Positions 29,008 through 39,056 of a DNA stretch of 64,000 nucleotides are shown here, in pieces. The position numbers were made by a program, and so were the translations under genes. Position 1 is the first letter of the stretch, and each line of letters starts with the position of its first letter. Below the pieces are notes generated by a model. The model searched no databases and was not told the DNA's origin. It was given only the letters and a program-made list of their open reading frames with translations. This stretch comes from an uncultured Verrucomicrobiae bacterium. GTDB taxonomy: Bacteria > Verrucomicrobiota > Verrucomicrobiia > Limisphaerales > UBA11358. Where the stretch lies: the NCBI GenBank assembly GCA_963827205.1, contig CAWHAH010000002.1:263711-327710 (forward strand), written 5' to 3'.

Positions 29008-30000
29008 TCAAACGCCCGGTTGAAACGTGCTTGGACTTGCCGCGCTTGTCCTCCAGTTTTGAATCGTCCGGTTCAGGTAAAGAACCGAAATGGGAAGGAC
29101 ATCCAAAAATTGACGAAACTCAAAGTCAGTGCCCGCTAAAACACACGCCACAGTCAGTCCCGCGAAGAATACGACCAGCACCAGCTTGGTTCCCCTGTCA
29201 ATCAGAGTCCTCATGGGCAGGAACAGCGCCACGATGAATGTCCCGGCATTGACCCAGATGACATGATTCAGATGGGGAGTAAATAATCCTTTCAATACGT
29301 GAAAACTGAGATGCCCGCCCGAATCGGCCGTAAAAACCCGGGCCTGTCCCATGACCGCATAGGTGATCCATAACTTGAGCAACAGGCACGCAACAAAGGC
29401 CGCGCCGAAAAGTGCCCACCGCTGGCGCCAACTTATTGTCGTGAAGAAAAAGAGCAGGGCCATCACCGCGACCGTTTCCTTGAACATCGTCCCCAACACA
29501 ATCGTCGCCAGCATCCACCGATAATTCTTTCGCTGCCAGAGCAGGAACGAGAGCGTCCAGAAAAACATGCTCGGCAAATCCCACGGAAAAAACGTCACAT
29601 TATCGGGCGGCGTGAGCGAGTAACACAAGCCCGCAAACATCAGCGGGATGACGAACATCGGATTGTCCGCCAGGCAGATCAGCGTGGCAAAAATCAGCAA
29701 CAGCCACCCGGCGTGGTACGCCCCGAACACGTTCTGGTAGGCGGCTTTGGTCAAGCGCCCATCATCGGCAAAGGCATCCGCCAGCCTTCCCGCAATCCAA
29801 TTGCCGCCGATGCGCGGTTTCCAGACATCCGCCAGCTGGTCGTAATGACCGTGGATGTGGGAATCCGCCACAAAGACATACAGCGTGAGGCTGTTTTTGC
29901 TGTTGCCGTTCGCCGCGGCGCGCATCAACGAAAACCAGGTCGCACACAGCGAAAGCGCAATGAAGGCTGCGATCAACTTCGTCCTGGTTGTGGTCGTCAT
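29008..30000 (-). CDS. Polytopic membrane protein, unknown function
   Basis: ATG at 30000 (MTTTTRTKLIAAF...) within ORF 29008..30120. About 9 hydrophobic segments. Confidence 0.65.
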   Translation of the reverse strand: MTTTTRTKLIAAFIALSLCATWFSLMRAAANGNSKNSLTLYVFVADSHIHGHYDQLADVWKPRIGGNWIAGRLADAFADDGRLTKAAYQNVFGAYHAGWLLLIFATLICLADNPMFVIPLMFAGLCYSLTPPDNVTFFPWDLPSMFFWTLSFLLWQRKNYRWMLATIVLGTMFKETVAVMALLFFFTTISWRQRWALFGAAFVACLLLKLWITYAVMGQARVFTADSGGHLSFHVLKGLFTPHLNHVIWVNAGTFIVALFLPMRTLIDRGTKLVLVVFFAGLTVACVLAGTDFEFRQFLDVLPISVLYLNRTIQNWRTSAASPSTFQPGV

Positions 30001-30298
30001 CGTTTTTCGTCTCCAGGCTGAACCAGCTTGAGAATCATGAACCGCTACCAGCCTAGAAAATTTGAAGCACGATGTCAAAAGCGCCACCAGAGCGCGCGCC
30101 AGGATGTGTGACGAGAGCAATGTTAATCCCGCAAAAAAATGCTACAGCACGTAATCTTAACCGCGGTTTGTCGTGCCGAAATGAAATGAAGACGGGATGG
30201 ACGCCGATGCCGCGGATGAAATTCATGGCTGCCAAAAGGCACAAAAGGCCTTTCGTTGATTTGTGTCTTAGGCGCTTCTTTGCGGCCATTTGAGTTCG

Positions 30299-30360
30299 GA
30301 TTCGATGTTCGGCGTTCGATGTCTTGCCGGGGCGAAGCGTTGCGAAGACCGGTGGATGTT
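30299..30360. repeat. Dispersed repeat, copy A
   Basis: GATTCGATGTTCGGCGTTCGATGTCTTGCCGGGGCGAAGCGTTGCGAAGACCGGTGGATGTT is identical to 34059..34120. Flanks are also similar and are followed by GTCACC-type hairpins. Confidence 0.85.
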
Positions 30361-30470
30361 GGATGTTTTTCTTTCTGCCATGTCACCTGCCACTCGTCGC
30401 CTGTCACATTGGAATGTTCTTGAACGGCGGCAAATCCCCCGCCAACATCCCCGCGCTTTTCCATCACAAA

Positions 30471-31256
30471 ATGAACGCGAAACAATTCGTCCCTCTGGCC
30501 CTGGCGCTTGCCTGCCTCACCGCATTCGTCGGGTGTCGAACCAATTGTCCATCCACAGCCTCGCGGTCCGCCGCCACCGGCAAAAAATTCACCTATGTCA
30601 TCGTGCACGGCGCCTGGGGCGGCGGTTGGGATTGGAAACACGTGGACGCCTTGCTCACCGCCGACGGCAATAAAGTCTATCGCCCGACGCTCACCGGCCT
30701 CGGTGAACATTGCAACCTCGCCAACACGAACATTGACCTCGACACGCACATTCAGGACATCGTCAACGTCATCCTCTGGGAAAATCTGCGCGACATTGTG
30801 CTCGTTGGCCACAGCTACGGCGGCATGGTCATCACCGGCGTGGCCGACCGCGTGCCCGACCGCATCAAGCGCGTCGTTTACATTGACGCTTTGCTGCCTG
30901 AAAACGGCGAGTCCGTGGATACTGTCCTCCCGCCCAAAGTGCCAAGGAGCATCAAAGACGGCTTTGTGATTCCGATGTGGGTCACGAACAATACGCCGCC
31001 GCCGCACGACGTTCCGCAATCGGCCAAAACCTTCAGCGAAGCCATCACCCTGACCAATCAGGCCATCGCAGCAAAATTGCCCACCACCTACATCCTCCTG
31101 GTGGCGAAGGGCCAAACGCCGGAGCAGGCTAATTTTTATCGGTTTTACCAGCGGGCCAAGGCGCGCGGCTGGACCACGCACATCATCGAAAGCGACCACA
31201 CGGTTGAGCGCTCGCATCCAGTGGAACTGGTCAAGTTGCTTGAGCAAGCGCCGTAA
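30471..31256 (+). CDS. Alpha/beta hydrolase lipoprotein (methylesterase/SABP2-like)
   Basis: ATG at 30471. Lipobox LTAFVGC, YVIVHGAWGGGWDW, nucleophile elbow VGHSYGG. Confidence 0.85.
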   Translation: MNAKQFVPLALALACLTAFVGCRTNCPSTASRSAATGKKFTYVIVHGAWGGGWDWKHVDALLTADGNKVYRPTLTGLGEHCNLANTNIDLDTHIQDIVNVILWENLRDIVLVGHSYGGMVITGVADRVPDRIKRVVYIDALLPENGESVDTVLPPKVPRSIKDGFVIPMWVTNNTPPPHDVPQSAKTFSEAITLTNQAIAAKLPTTYILLVAKGQTPEQANFYRFYQRAKARGWTTHIIESDHTVERSHPVELVKLLEQAP

Positions 31257-31451
31257 ACCGTGAATGACGCAGATGAACGCGGTTAAAGATATCACGGCCA
31301 GCGGACGATAATTCTCCCTCTCCGCGCAATCCCTCGCTCGCGGGAGCGGGAGAGGGTGGTCGCAGACCGGGTGAGGGTCGTGGAGAAAACTATGGGGAGA
31401 GGGCCGGGGTGAGGTGATCGTCAAATTCTTGTCACCCGTCACTTGCCACCT

Positions 31452-32378
31452 TCAAAATGCTCCGCCTTGCCACCGGGCAATCGCTTCCGCCAGCGCATCC
31501 ATCGCCTTGCGCTTTTGTCCCATTGTCCATTGCCCTTCCGTGTGCAGCCGGATTTGCCGCACGCTGCCATCGGCCTGTTTGACATGCAAAATGACGTGGG
31601 CGATGCCGCCGAGCACCGACGTGCTCCGGTTGTCGGCCTTGCGTTCCATCTGCGCCAGTTGCTCCCGCGCGAGGTCGAACTGCTCATTGTCGCCCCGGTA
31701 CATCAACAGCTCCGGCTCGACCCACAAGGCGCCAACGTCCTCTTCAATCGCCCCGAACCGTTTGGCCAGGCCGCTCGCTGGATTCGACAACCCGACCAGT
31801 GCCGCCGACTGCCATTGCGCAGGCGTGATGCCCAGCGCCGCCAGCCGTTTTGTAATGATTCGCTTTTCGACCGGCGACCAGACCAGCACCCACAACTGCA
31901 CGATCTGCACCCCGACCACCATCACCAGCACCGGCAGCAGATTGGCCATCCCCGGATCCAAACCCAGCGCCGTCAACACCGGCGCCAAAAGCGCCGCCAG
32001 CACAAAGCCCGCGCCCAGCGCCAGCAGCACGGTGACGATAATGTTGGCGATAAATTTCCTGGTCTTCACCGCGCCCCAGACCGGCTGGCGGAAATTGAAG
32101 GTGAAACAATCGCTGAATATCACCGTCAGATAACTCCCCACGCCCAACACCAGGAAAAATCCCCCGACGAACAGGAAGAAGATTGAATGCACGATGGCCC
32201 CCGCCGGTTCCTCCGCCGTCTCCTGCGCCGGCATCGGGCGGTGATTCCACCAGAACGCCAACATTGCCAAAATCACGATGGCCACCACCATGAGCAGCCA
32301 CGTGAGGACGATTCGCAACTTCGAAGGCCGTTGATTTGTCGGTTCCATAAAATTATCCGGGTTTGAAGCTGAAGCCAT
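31452..32378 (-). CDS. Membrane protein with cytoplasmic C-terminal domain, unknown function
   Basis: 308-aa ORF with 4 TM segments, then a soluble ~120-aa domain. Confidence 0.62.
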   Translation of the reverse strand: MASASNPDNFMEPTNQRPSKLRIVLTWLLMVVAIVILAMLAFWWNHRPMPAQETAEEPAGAIVHSIFFLFVGGFFLVLGVGSYLTVIFSDCFTFNFRQPVWGAVKTRKFIANIIVTVLLALGAGFVLAALLAPVLTALGLDPGMANLLPVLVMVVGVQIVQLWVLVWSPVEKRIITKRLAALGITPAQWQSAALVGLSNPASGLAKRFGAIEEDVGALWVEPELLMYRGDNEQFDLAREQLAQMERKADNRSTSVLGGIAHVILHVKQADGSVRQIRLHTEGQWTMGQKRKAMDALAEAIARWQGGAF

Positions 32379-32489
32379 GCTTGCCCGGATGATTTCCTTC
32401 CCGGCGAAAAAGGCAAACCGAAATTAATCGCCCCGTGCCCGGCTTTTAACCGCGGATGATACGGATGACGCGGATAGGCACAAAATTGA

Positions 32490-32640
32490 TTCAACGCAGA
32501 GACACAGCGCGGCTCAAGCCGCAACCCAAGGAGCGCGGACAGCTTTGTCCCCACGTTTCTATCCCAATGCAGGCGTTTCGCGGACAAGGCGGTCCGCGCT
32601 CCTGGAAAGCCTTTGCCGGACGCGACGATGTCATGAGATA
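32490..32640. repeat. ~150-bp composite REP (GCGCGGACA...TGTCCGCGC hairpins), copy A
   Basis: CCAAGGAGCGCGGACAGCTTTGTCC.CACGTTTCTATCCCAATGCAGGCGTTTCGCGGACAAGGC.GTCCGCGCTCCTGGAAA.CCTTTGCCGGACGCGACGATGTCATGA is shared with 36505..36655. Confidence 0.8.
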
Positions 32641-32691
32641 GCGCTGCAGAGCCGCAAAGTGCGCAAAGAAGAATTGGAAATGACGGATTTT

Positions 32692-32769
32692 AACAGAAGC
32701 TAACCAAGGCAACAAAGACCCTGACGGATTTTGGAAAAAATTTCTTCGGTTCCCGCGTTTCCTTCTGTT
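32692..32769. repeat. MITE-like inverted-repeat element (AACAGAAG...CTTCTGTT family), copy 1
   Basis: AACAGAAGCTAACCAAGGCAACAAAGAC ... GTTTCCTTCTGTT. Related copies at 33925, 38662, 54219 and 58321. Confidence 0.8.
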
Positions 32770-32870
32770 CAGGTTGTTTGCTGTTCTGCGCGTTGTGTGC
32801 CGCTTTGCGCGCAAAATTCGGCGCTGGATGTTCAACGTTGGTGCATAAGTTCAACCGGTTTTATATTGAC

Positions 32871-33884
32871 ATGCAGTGGGCTGCACTGATAGAATTCACT
32901 GCCGTGAACCCCAAACGATTTTCCCCAAATTTCTTCAGATCGGTCTCCTGGTTGCGGTTTTTTCCGGGAGGAGCGTCGTTAGCCGTGTTGTTGGCGGCCG
33001 CTCCGGCGCCGGGACAGATCTACGTCGTAAATGCTGGCAGCGGCACCATTGGTGAATACTCCCTTTCCGGACAGACCATAAACTCCGGTTTCATCACGGG
33101 TTTGAGCAGTCCGACGGGCTTGGCTGTGTCTGGCGGCTATTTGTATGTGGCTCAGGAGAATGGGACCATTCGTAAATACACGACATCCGGGGCGCTCGTG
33201 AGTGCCTCATTGATTACCGGCTTGTACCTCCCGTGGGGAATCGCCATATCCGGCAACGATCTGTTTGTGGCCAATGCTGGCGGCGAATCGAGCACCATCA
33301 GCGAGTACACCACCAGCGGGGTCATGATCAACGCATCGTTAGTGACCGGTTTGGATAATCCCACAGGATTGGCGACGGACGGGAATTATTTATACGTGAC
33401 CTGCTGGAGTAGCGGCAATGTCGGCGTCTATACGACTTCCGGAGCCACGGTAAACTCGTTCGGCGCCCCGGGGGCTTATCCCGGTGGCATTGTGCTGGAT
33501 GGAAGCGGGCACGTTTACGTGTCCACAATCGGTGGCGTCGGTGAATACACCACCGCCGGGGTGCCCGTGAATCCTTCGCTCATTTCCGGCGGATACAACA
33601 GCGGCATCGGGATCGCGCTGGATGGAAACGGCCATTTGTTCTGGGCGGACAATTACGGCGGCGCGGGCGGAAACGTCATCGGCGAATACACCACCAGCGG
33701 ACAATTGATTAACGCCAACTTCATCACCGGCTTGAGTAATCCCGTTGCTATGGTCGTAGTGCCGGAACCGTCCTCGTCGGTTTTGGTTCTGGTCGGCCTG
33801 CTCGGCTTGAGGCTCAAATCATCGTCCCGGCCTTGGGCGCGCAACCGACAATTTTTCATGGCCGCCAAAAGCCACAAAACTTGA
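32871..33884 (+). CDS. PEP-CTERM protein with NHL/beta-propeller-like repeats
   Basis: Six repeats of the form G.I.EYTTSG..IN..FITGL..P.GLA..G..LYV. C-terminal VVVPEPSSSVLVLVGLLGL. The ORF tail runs on into a REP. Confidence 0.8.
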   Translation: MQWAALIEFTAVNPKRFSPNFFRSVSWLRFFPGGASLAVLLAAAPAPGQIYVVNAGSGTIGEYSLSGQTINSGFITGLSSPTGLAVSGGYLYVAQENGTIRKYTTSGALVSASLITGLYLPWGIAISGNDLFVANAGGESSTISEYTTSGVMINASLVTGLDNPTGLATDGNYLYVTCWSSGNVGVYTTSGATVNSFGAPGAYPGGIVLDGSGHVYVSTIGGVGEYTTAGVPVNPSLISGGYNSGIGIALDGNGHLFWADNYGGAGGNVIGEYTTSGQLINANFITGLSNPVAMVVVPEPSSSVLVLVGLLGLRLKSSSRPWARNRQFFMAAKSHKT

Positions 33885-33924
33885 ACCGCGGAGCCGCCGA
33901 GCCCGCCGAGTGGAGGAATTTTTC

Positions 33925-34001
33925 AACAGAAGCTAACCAAGGCAACAAAGACCCCGACGGACTTGGAATAGATTTCTTCGTTTTCTCCGTTTCCTTCTGT
34001 T
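33925..34001. repeat. MITE-like AACAGAAG family, copy 2
   Basis: AACAGAAGCTAACCAAGGCAACAAAGACCCCGACGG...CTCCGTTTCCTTCTGTT. Confidence 0.8.
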
Positions 34002-34058
34002 CAAGTTCGTTTTGGCAGTTCTGTGCCTTCTGCGTCTCTTGACGGCCATTCGTGTTTT

Positions 34059-34120
34059 GATTCGATGTTCGGCGTTCGATGTCTTGCCGGGGCGAAGCGT
34101 TGCGAAGACCGGTGGATGTT
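34059..34120. repeat. Dispersed repeat, copy B
   Basis: Identical core to 30299..30360. Confidence 0.85.
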
Positions 34121-34350
34121 CGGTGTTTCCTTTTGCTCATGTCACCCGTCACTTGCCTGCCGGGCCATAGCTTCAAAGCGAAGGCCGGTCACGTTGAAAT
34201 GGCTTGATCCGGATCGCCGATCTGTCAATTCACCCCGATGAAGTCGGGGTTGATCCCGGTGTGCCGGAGCGGGCCAGACCGGCCTGATACTTGCTTCCCT
34301 GACAGCGCATGGGAATTGGGCTGCATTTTTTGCATTAGAAAGGTTTGGAC

Positions 34351-36165
34351 ATGAATACACGTTTACACAAATTGCTTCTCGCGTCTGCCGCTTTGGCGGT
34401 GACGTGGCTCGGTGGCGGCGCAGCATCGGCGGCCACGCTCACGGTCACGCCGTCGGTCACCAGCAACACCTATCCCGGCGTCATCACCCTGAACATCGCC
34501 GGTCTGACCAACGGCGAGCAGGTCAACGTTCAAACCTGGCTCGATCTGAACGCCAATGGCGTGGTTGACCGCGGCGAGCCGATGATGGACGCCTTCAAAA
34601 TCACCGACGGCGGAGCCATGATCATCGGCGGCATCACCAACATCAACGTCCCGTTCGACAGCAATTCCGCCACCGGGGCCATCACCACCACGCTGAGTTT
34701 CGCGCCGCCGATGGTTCTGGAAAATATCGTGGGCCAAAAAATCTACCGCCTGGTCAGTCCTTCGGGAAATTTTTCGCCCGTGACCGCCACCCTGACGGTG
34801 ACGAATGCAGTAACCGCCCAGACCTTGAGCGGCACGGTTTACAGCAACGGCATCACGCCGCTCCCCAATGCGGTGGTCGTGGTCCTGCCGCCGGGCGGCA
34901 ACGGCTACGTCGGCGCCGTGGTGGCCGACAGCAACGGACATTACAGCATCAATGTCAATCCGGGCAGCTACGTGTTGCTGGCGGTCGTGCCCAATTATTT
35001 CATTGACCAATCCAGCGCGCCGCAGGTGACCCTGACCAATGGCATGTCCGCCACGAACGATTTCTCCCTGACCAACGGCACGGTCACGATTTCGGGCAAC
35101 CTTTATGACGCCGGAAACAGCAACGGCGTGGGCGGCCTGATGTTTCAAGCGCAATCCGGCACTCTGTTCGGCGTCGGTTTCACCGACACCAACGGCAACT
35201 ACTCCATCGCCGTCTCACCTGACTTCTGGACAATCAGCCCGAACAAGGAACGATTGCCCCGCCGCGCTTATGTTATTTCCCAAAATTCCCTCCAGGTGGA
35301 CACCACCGGCGGCGACGTGACCAACGCCAACATCGCCCTCTACAAAGGCGACGCCCTGTTCTACGGCCGCATCACCGACAATGCCAACACGCCGTTTGCG
35401 AACATCATATTTGACGGCGGCGACACGAACAACCAATACGGCGCCAAGGGCTACAGCGATGCCAACGGCAATTACGCCGTCGCCGTGCTGGGTGACACCA
35501 ATAACTTCTGGGACTCCAACCCCAACGACTCGGACAACACGGTGCTGGCCAGCTACATTATGAACAGCTTCAATCTCACGAACATCGCCGTTGGGCAGGC
35601 CGTCCAACAAAATTATGTGGCCCTGCCCGTCACCGCCTCCATTTCCGGCCAGGTCCTTGACAACTTCGGCAACCCGGTCGTGGGCATCTCGCTCAACGCC
35701 AACGCCGTTCTCGATGGCGCCAGCTACCAGGCATTGAGCGGGCAGACCGATGATTCCGGGAACTACACCCTCGGTGTGGCGCCCGGCGCGTGGCAGGTCG
35801 TTTTCGGCATCGGTAACAACGATTTGGCCAGCCTTGGCCTGGTGGATTATTTTGAACCTTACAACGTGTCCATCCCGCCCACCAACGCGATGCTGAACAT
35901 CACGGTCTATCAATACGGCACCCCGGTGCTCGGCCAGCCCCAGCGGTTTTCGCCGACACAATTCGGTTTCAACATCTATGGCGGCGTCGGCGTCAATTAC
36001 AACGTGCAGGTCGCCACCGACCTCGCCGCGCCTGACTGGTCCACGCTCTTCTCTCTCCAGTTGACCAACAGCCCGTTCTTCGTGGTGGACCCGAATGCGA
36101 CGAACAGCGCGGGCTTTTATCGCGTGCAGAAAGCTTTTGAAACCGATGTCCGCCTCCGGCCGTAG
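34351..36165 (+). CDS. Secreted protein with carboxypeptidase-regulatory-like (CarboxypepD_reg) repeats
   Basis: Signal peptide LLLASAALAVTWLGGGAASA. Repeated GxVxDxxGxPxxxAxV / SDANGNYAV / TDTNGNYSI motifs. C-terminal YNVQVATDLAAPDWSTL...AGFYRV module. Confidence 0.8.
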   Translation: MNTRLHKLLLASAALAVTWLGGGAASAATLTVTPSVTSNTYPGVITLNIAGLTNGEQVNVQTWLDLNANGVVDRGEPMMDAFKITDGGAMIIGGITNINVPFDSNSATGAITTTLSFAPPMVLENIVGQKIYRLVSPSGNFSPVTATLTVTNAVTAQTLSGTVYSNGITPLPNAVVVVLPPGGNGYVGAVVADSNGHYSINVNPGSYVLLAVVPNYFIDQSSAPQVTLTNGMSATNDFSLTNGTVTISGNLYDAGNSNGVGGLMFQAQSGTLFGVGFTDTNGNYSIAVSPDFWTISPNKERLPRRAYVISQNSLQVDTTGGDVTNANIALYKGDALFYGRITDNANTPFANIIFDGGDTNNQYGAKGYSDANGNYAVAVLGDTNNFWDSNPNDSDNTVLASYIMNSFNLTNIAVGQAVQQNYVALPVTASISGQVLDNFGNPVVGISLNANAVLDGASYQALSGQTDDSGNYTLGVAPGAWQVVFGIGNNDLASLGLVDYFEPYNVSIPPTNAMLNITVYQYGTPVLGQPQRFSPTQFGFNIYGGVGVNYNVQVATDLAAPDWSTLFSLQLTNSPFFVVDPNATNSAGFYRVQKAFETDVRLRP

Positions 36166-36504
36166 CCGCCTCCACGACGCGTGACAGGTGACAGGTGGCG
36201 CCTCAGCCGGCGAGGATAGAAGATTTTGAAAATGGAAGATGGAAGAACCGCGCCTCGCGTCCTGGAGGGTGGCGGCCATGACGCCGCTTTTCGAACCCGC
36301 AAAAACCGCGAAAGCTGGAGCGGCTACAACTTTGATGTAGCGCAGACATTCTGGTCTGCGGGTTTGCGGGACATTCTTGTCCCGTGTTTGATCAGCACGA
36401 AAGAGGCGACTGGAAAGTCGCCTGAACCCGCAGGCTGGAAAGCCTGCGCTACATGATAACTGGAAACGCTCGATCAGCCGCAAAAGAACACAAAGCGCGC
36501 AAAC

Positions 36505-36655
36505 TCATTTAACGCAAAGGCATAGCGCGGCCAAGCCCCAACCCAAGGAGCGCGGACAGCTTTGTCCGCACGTTTCTATCCCAATGCAGGCGTTTCGCGG
36601 ACAAGGCTGTCCGCGCTCCTGGAAAACCTTTGCCGGACGCGACGATGTCATGATA
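36505..36655. repeat. ~150-bp composite REP, copy B
   Basis: Same orientation as 32490..32640 and about 85-90% identical by eye. Confidence 0.8.
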
Positions 36656-36833
36656 CTGATTTGCCTTCAATCGGACACAAATGCCCCTCACCCGTCCTGC
36701 GGACACCCTCTCCCCGCCAGGCGGGGAGAGGGCCGGGGTGAGGGGCAGTACAGACGGCTCGTCCTTCGTTTCTCGACTGACCTGCGTCAATTTCCTCTGG
36801 ACACGAGGCCCGGCGGGGAGCAATGTCGAAACC

Positions 36834-37688
36834 ATGAAGACCAGATACTTCCTTGTCTTTGCGTTGTTCATAACCGTTACGGTTCTGGTGTCCGGTTGCG
36901 GAAAAACGGATAAGAATCTGGCGTCGGAGAATGCCGACCTCAAAGCGCGCGTGCAACAGTTGGAGCAGCAGCTTACAGAGTCCAGCAACCAGGTCGCGTC
37001 GGCAGGGGCGCCAGCGTCACAACCGGCTTCCACCCGGGACACGAAAAGCCTGTTGGATGAAGCGCAGAAAAGGGTCGAAGCGGCTGCCCATGAATTGAAG
37101 TCGCTCAACGACCAGCTCGAAGCCCAAAACAACCAGCTCGAAGCCCAAAAGCAGAAAATTGATGAGTTGACGCGTGAACTCTCGAGTGCTCAACAGGCCA
37201 GGGAAAAAGCCGAGCAGTCCTTGCATCCATACCAGCAGGCCGCCGCCGCGCTCATGCAACTCCAGGCGCTGCGCTGCACCTTGCCCGACAACACGCTGAA
37301 ATTCGACGGCTATCAGCAAAGTTATGCGGCCACGCAATCGGCCGTGAAAGAACTGGCTGACGCGCTTCCCGAGTCCGGAGTCAGGCAGGCGATTCTGGAT
37401 GTTCTGGCCACGTTCAAGCGCATCAACGACATCTGCGAAACGGCCGCCGCGCAAATGGAGGCACGGACCAAAACCGCCCGGGCCAATTATGATAAATTTG
37501 TGGACTTCGGCGGACTCGGCCCGAACGACTATGTGATCGAAATGGGGCAAGACAAAATTTTGGCGCCCGCGGAGAAGGACAATGCGGCCACGGCGGCCCT
37601 GCGCGACCAACAGGTTGCTTCCCTGAGAAAGGATCTGGACCTGGGACTAAAAGATCTTCAGGCCTTGGTGAGCGAACCCGGCACCTGA
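36834..37688 (+). CDS. Coiled-coil lipoprotein
   Basis: ATG at 36834. MKTRYFLVFALFITVTVLVSGCGK lipobox and a heptad-rich LEQQL/LEAQNNQLEAQKQKIDEL region. The upstream part of ORF 36681 is REP read-through. Confidence 0.7.
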   Translation: MKTRYFLVFALFITVTVLVSGCGKTDKNLASENADLKARVQQLEQQLTESSNQVASAGAPASQPASTRDTKSLLDEAQKRVEAAAHELKSLNDQLEAQNNQLEAQKQKIDELTRELSSAQQAREKAEQSLHPYQQAAAALMQLQALRCTLPDNTLKFDGYQQSYAATQSAVKELADALPESGVRQAILDVLATFKRINDICETAAAQMEARTKTARANYDKFVDFGGLGPNDYVIEMGQDKILAPAEKDNAATAALRDQQVASLRKDLDLGLKDLQALVSEPGT

Positions 37689-38005
37689 ACCACCTGAAAG
37701 GGTGTCGAGTGACGGGTGTCGGGTGACGGGAAAAGCAAAGCGGTGGGGCGAGTTGGTGGCCGTCCGCAAGGACCGCGAGCCGGGCCAGGAAGAAATCTGC
37801 GTTAATCGGCGCAATGTGGGGACCAACCTGTTTGTGCCGTGGCGCCTTGGCGTGAGGCCCGGTCTTCATCGGTGTTCCGTGCGATCTTTGCGGTTAAACC
37901 CTTTCGTGTCGTTCGTGTGTTTCGTGGTTAAAAACGCTTGATCCGCCCGGCTGCTCTGGCCATCCGCCCGAACGCTTTCAAGGTTGCTACCGGTGTGCCG
38001 CAGCC

Positions 38006-38602
38006 TCAGGCGGATTGAGGGGTGGATTCAAATGCCTGCTTGCAGGCCGGACAGACACTGTGGGTGATTCGCGGCAGGCGCACCTGTTCAAACAGCCCCA
38101 ACTGGCGCACCGCCTCCTCCACCTCCATCCACCCGGCCACCTTGACCCTCTTGCACCACGCGCACTGGGTAAGCCATTGTTCCGTTCGCGGGAAATCAGG
38201 GTCGAGCAAGTCCACCCGGGGACGCGCTTCCTCGCGCAACAACGCGCTGCGAAACTCCAAGGCCCCCGCGCCCAGACTTATAATGGCCATCTCCATGAAT
38301 CGCCGGCACTCCGGCCCGTCGCAGCGAAAGGGTACAACGATCGTCCGGCCCGTCGCGCGCACCTTCCGCATGAAAATCCGGTAGAATTCCTGCGTCACGC
38401 TTTCGGAAATATAATTCCACAGCGAAACCCCCCGCACGGATTCCGCGGTCAGGGCCGGTGTGCCATTTTCTTTTGCAAAAGCCACCCAGCTTGCGTCCAC
38501 AAACGCAATCCTGTCTTCCGCATCAACCCTGCAAATGAACTGGCGCATGCCGGGATTCCAAAGGCAGTGTCCTTTATTTGCCGGACAATGCAACCACTTC
38601 AT
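38006..38602 (-). CDS. Hypothetical PAS-like protein with C-terminal Cys cluster
   Basis: ATG at 38602 (MKWLHCPANKG...). CAWCKRV...CPACK pairs. The N-terminal 88 codons of ORF 38006..38866 are repeat read-through. Confidence 0.58.
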   Translation of the reverse strand: MKWLHCPANKGHCLWNPGMRQFICRVDAEDRIAFVDASWVAFAKENGTPALTAESVRGVSLWNYISESVTQEFYRIFMRKVRATGRTIVVPFRCDGPECRRFMEMAIISLGAGALEFRSALLREEARPRVDLLDPDFPRTEQWLTQCAWCKRVKVAGWMEVEEAVRQLGLFEQVRLPRITHSVCPACKQAFESTPQSA

Positions 38603-38661
38603 CGGCTTTGCCCCCGCCGCCCGGCGGATGGTTGAACTTGCTGACGGAAGGAAGGATTTTA

Positions 38662-38736
38662 AACAGAAGCTAACCAAGGCAACCAAGACCTTGCCGGGTT
38701 GGAAAAATATCTCTGTTTCCTCCGTTTCCTTCTGTT
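38662..38736. repeat. MITE-like AACAGAAG family, copy 3
   Basis: AACAGAAGCTAACCAAGGCAACCAAGACC...CCTCCGTTTCCTTCTGTT. Confidence 0.8.
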
Positions 38737-39056
38737 TAAATAAATCTGCGTCCATCTGCGTCCATCTGCGGTTAAACCCATTCGTGTCGTTTCCGCCGTC
38801 GCCGAGGCTATGGCGGACAGGCGTGTGTTTCGTGGTTGATGCTTTCCGCCTTTCCAATCTTGTCACCTGCCTGCCGGGCCGTAGCTTCGGAGCGAAGGCC
38901 GGTCACCCGTCACCTGTTGGCCGTTTTCCGCCCCCCATCTCCTAAATCCATTTCCGCCGCCGCCTCTGCCTCCGTTTCCCAATTTCAGCTTTCGCCGTTT
39001 CAGCTTTTTCTTTAATTGCTTGATCCCAATCCGTGATCTGATCAATTGATCTGGGC

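Noticed and set aside
38603-38866. N-terminal extensions of ORFs 38006..38866, 36681..37688, 52631..54433, 32778..33884 and 30324..31256
   Set aside because: The extensions translate known repeat families (AACAGAAG MITE, GCGCGGACA hairpins, GTCACC runs). Internal ATGs followed by signal peptides, lipoboxes or domain starts are better gene starts.
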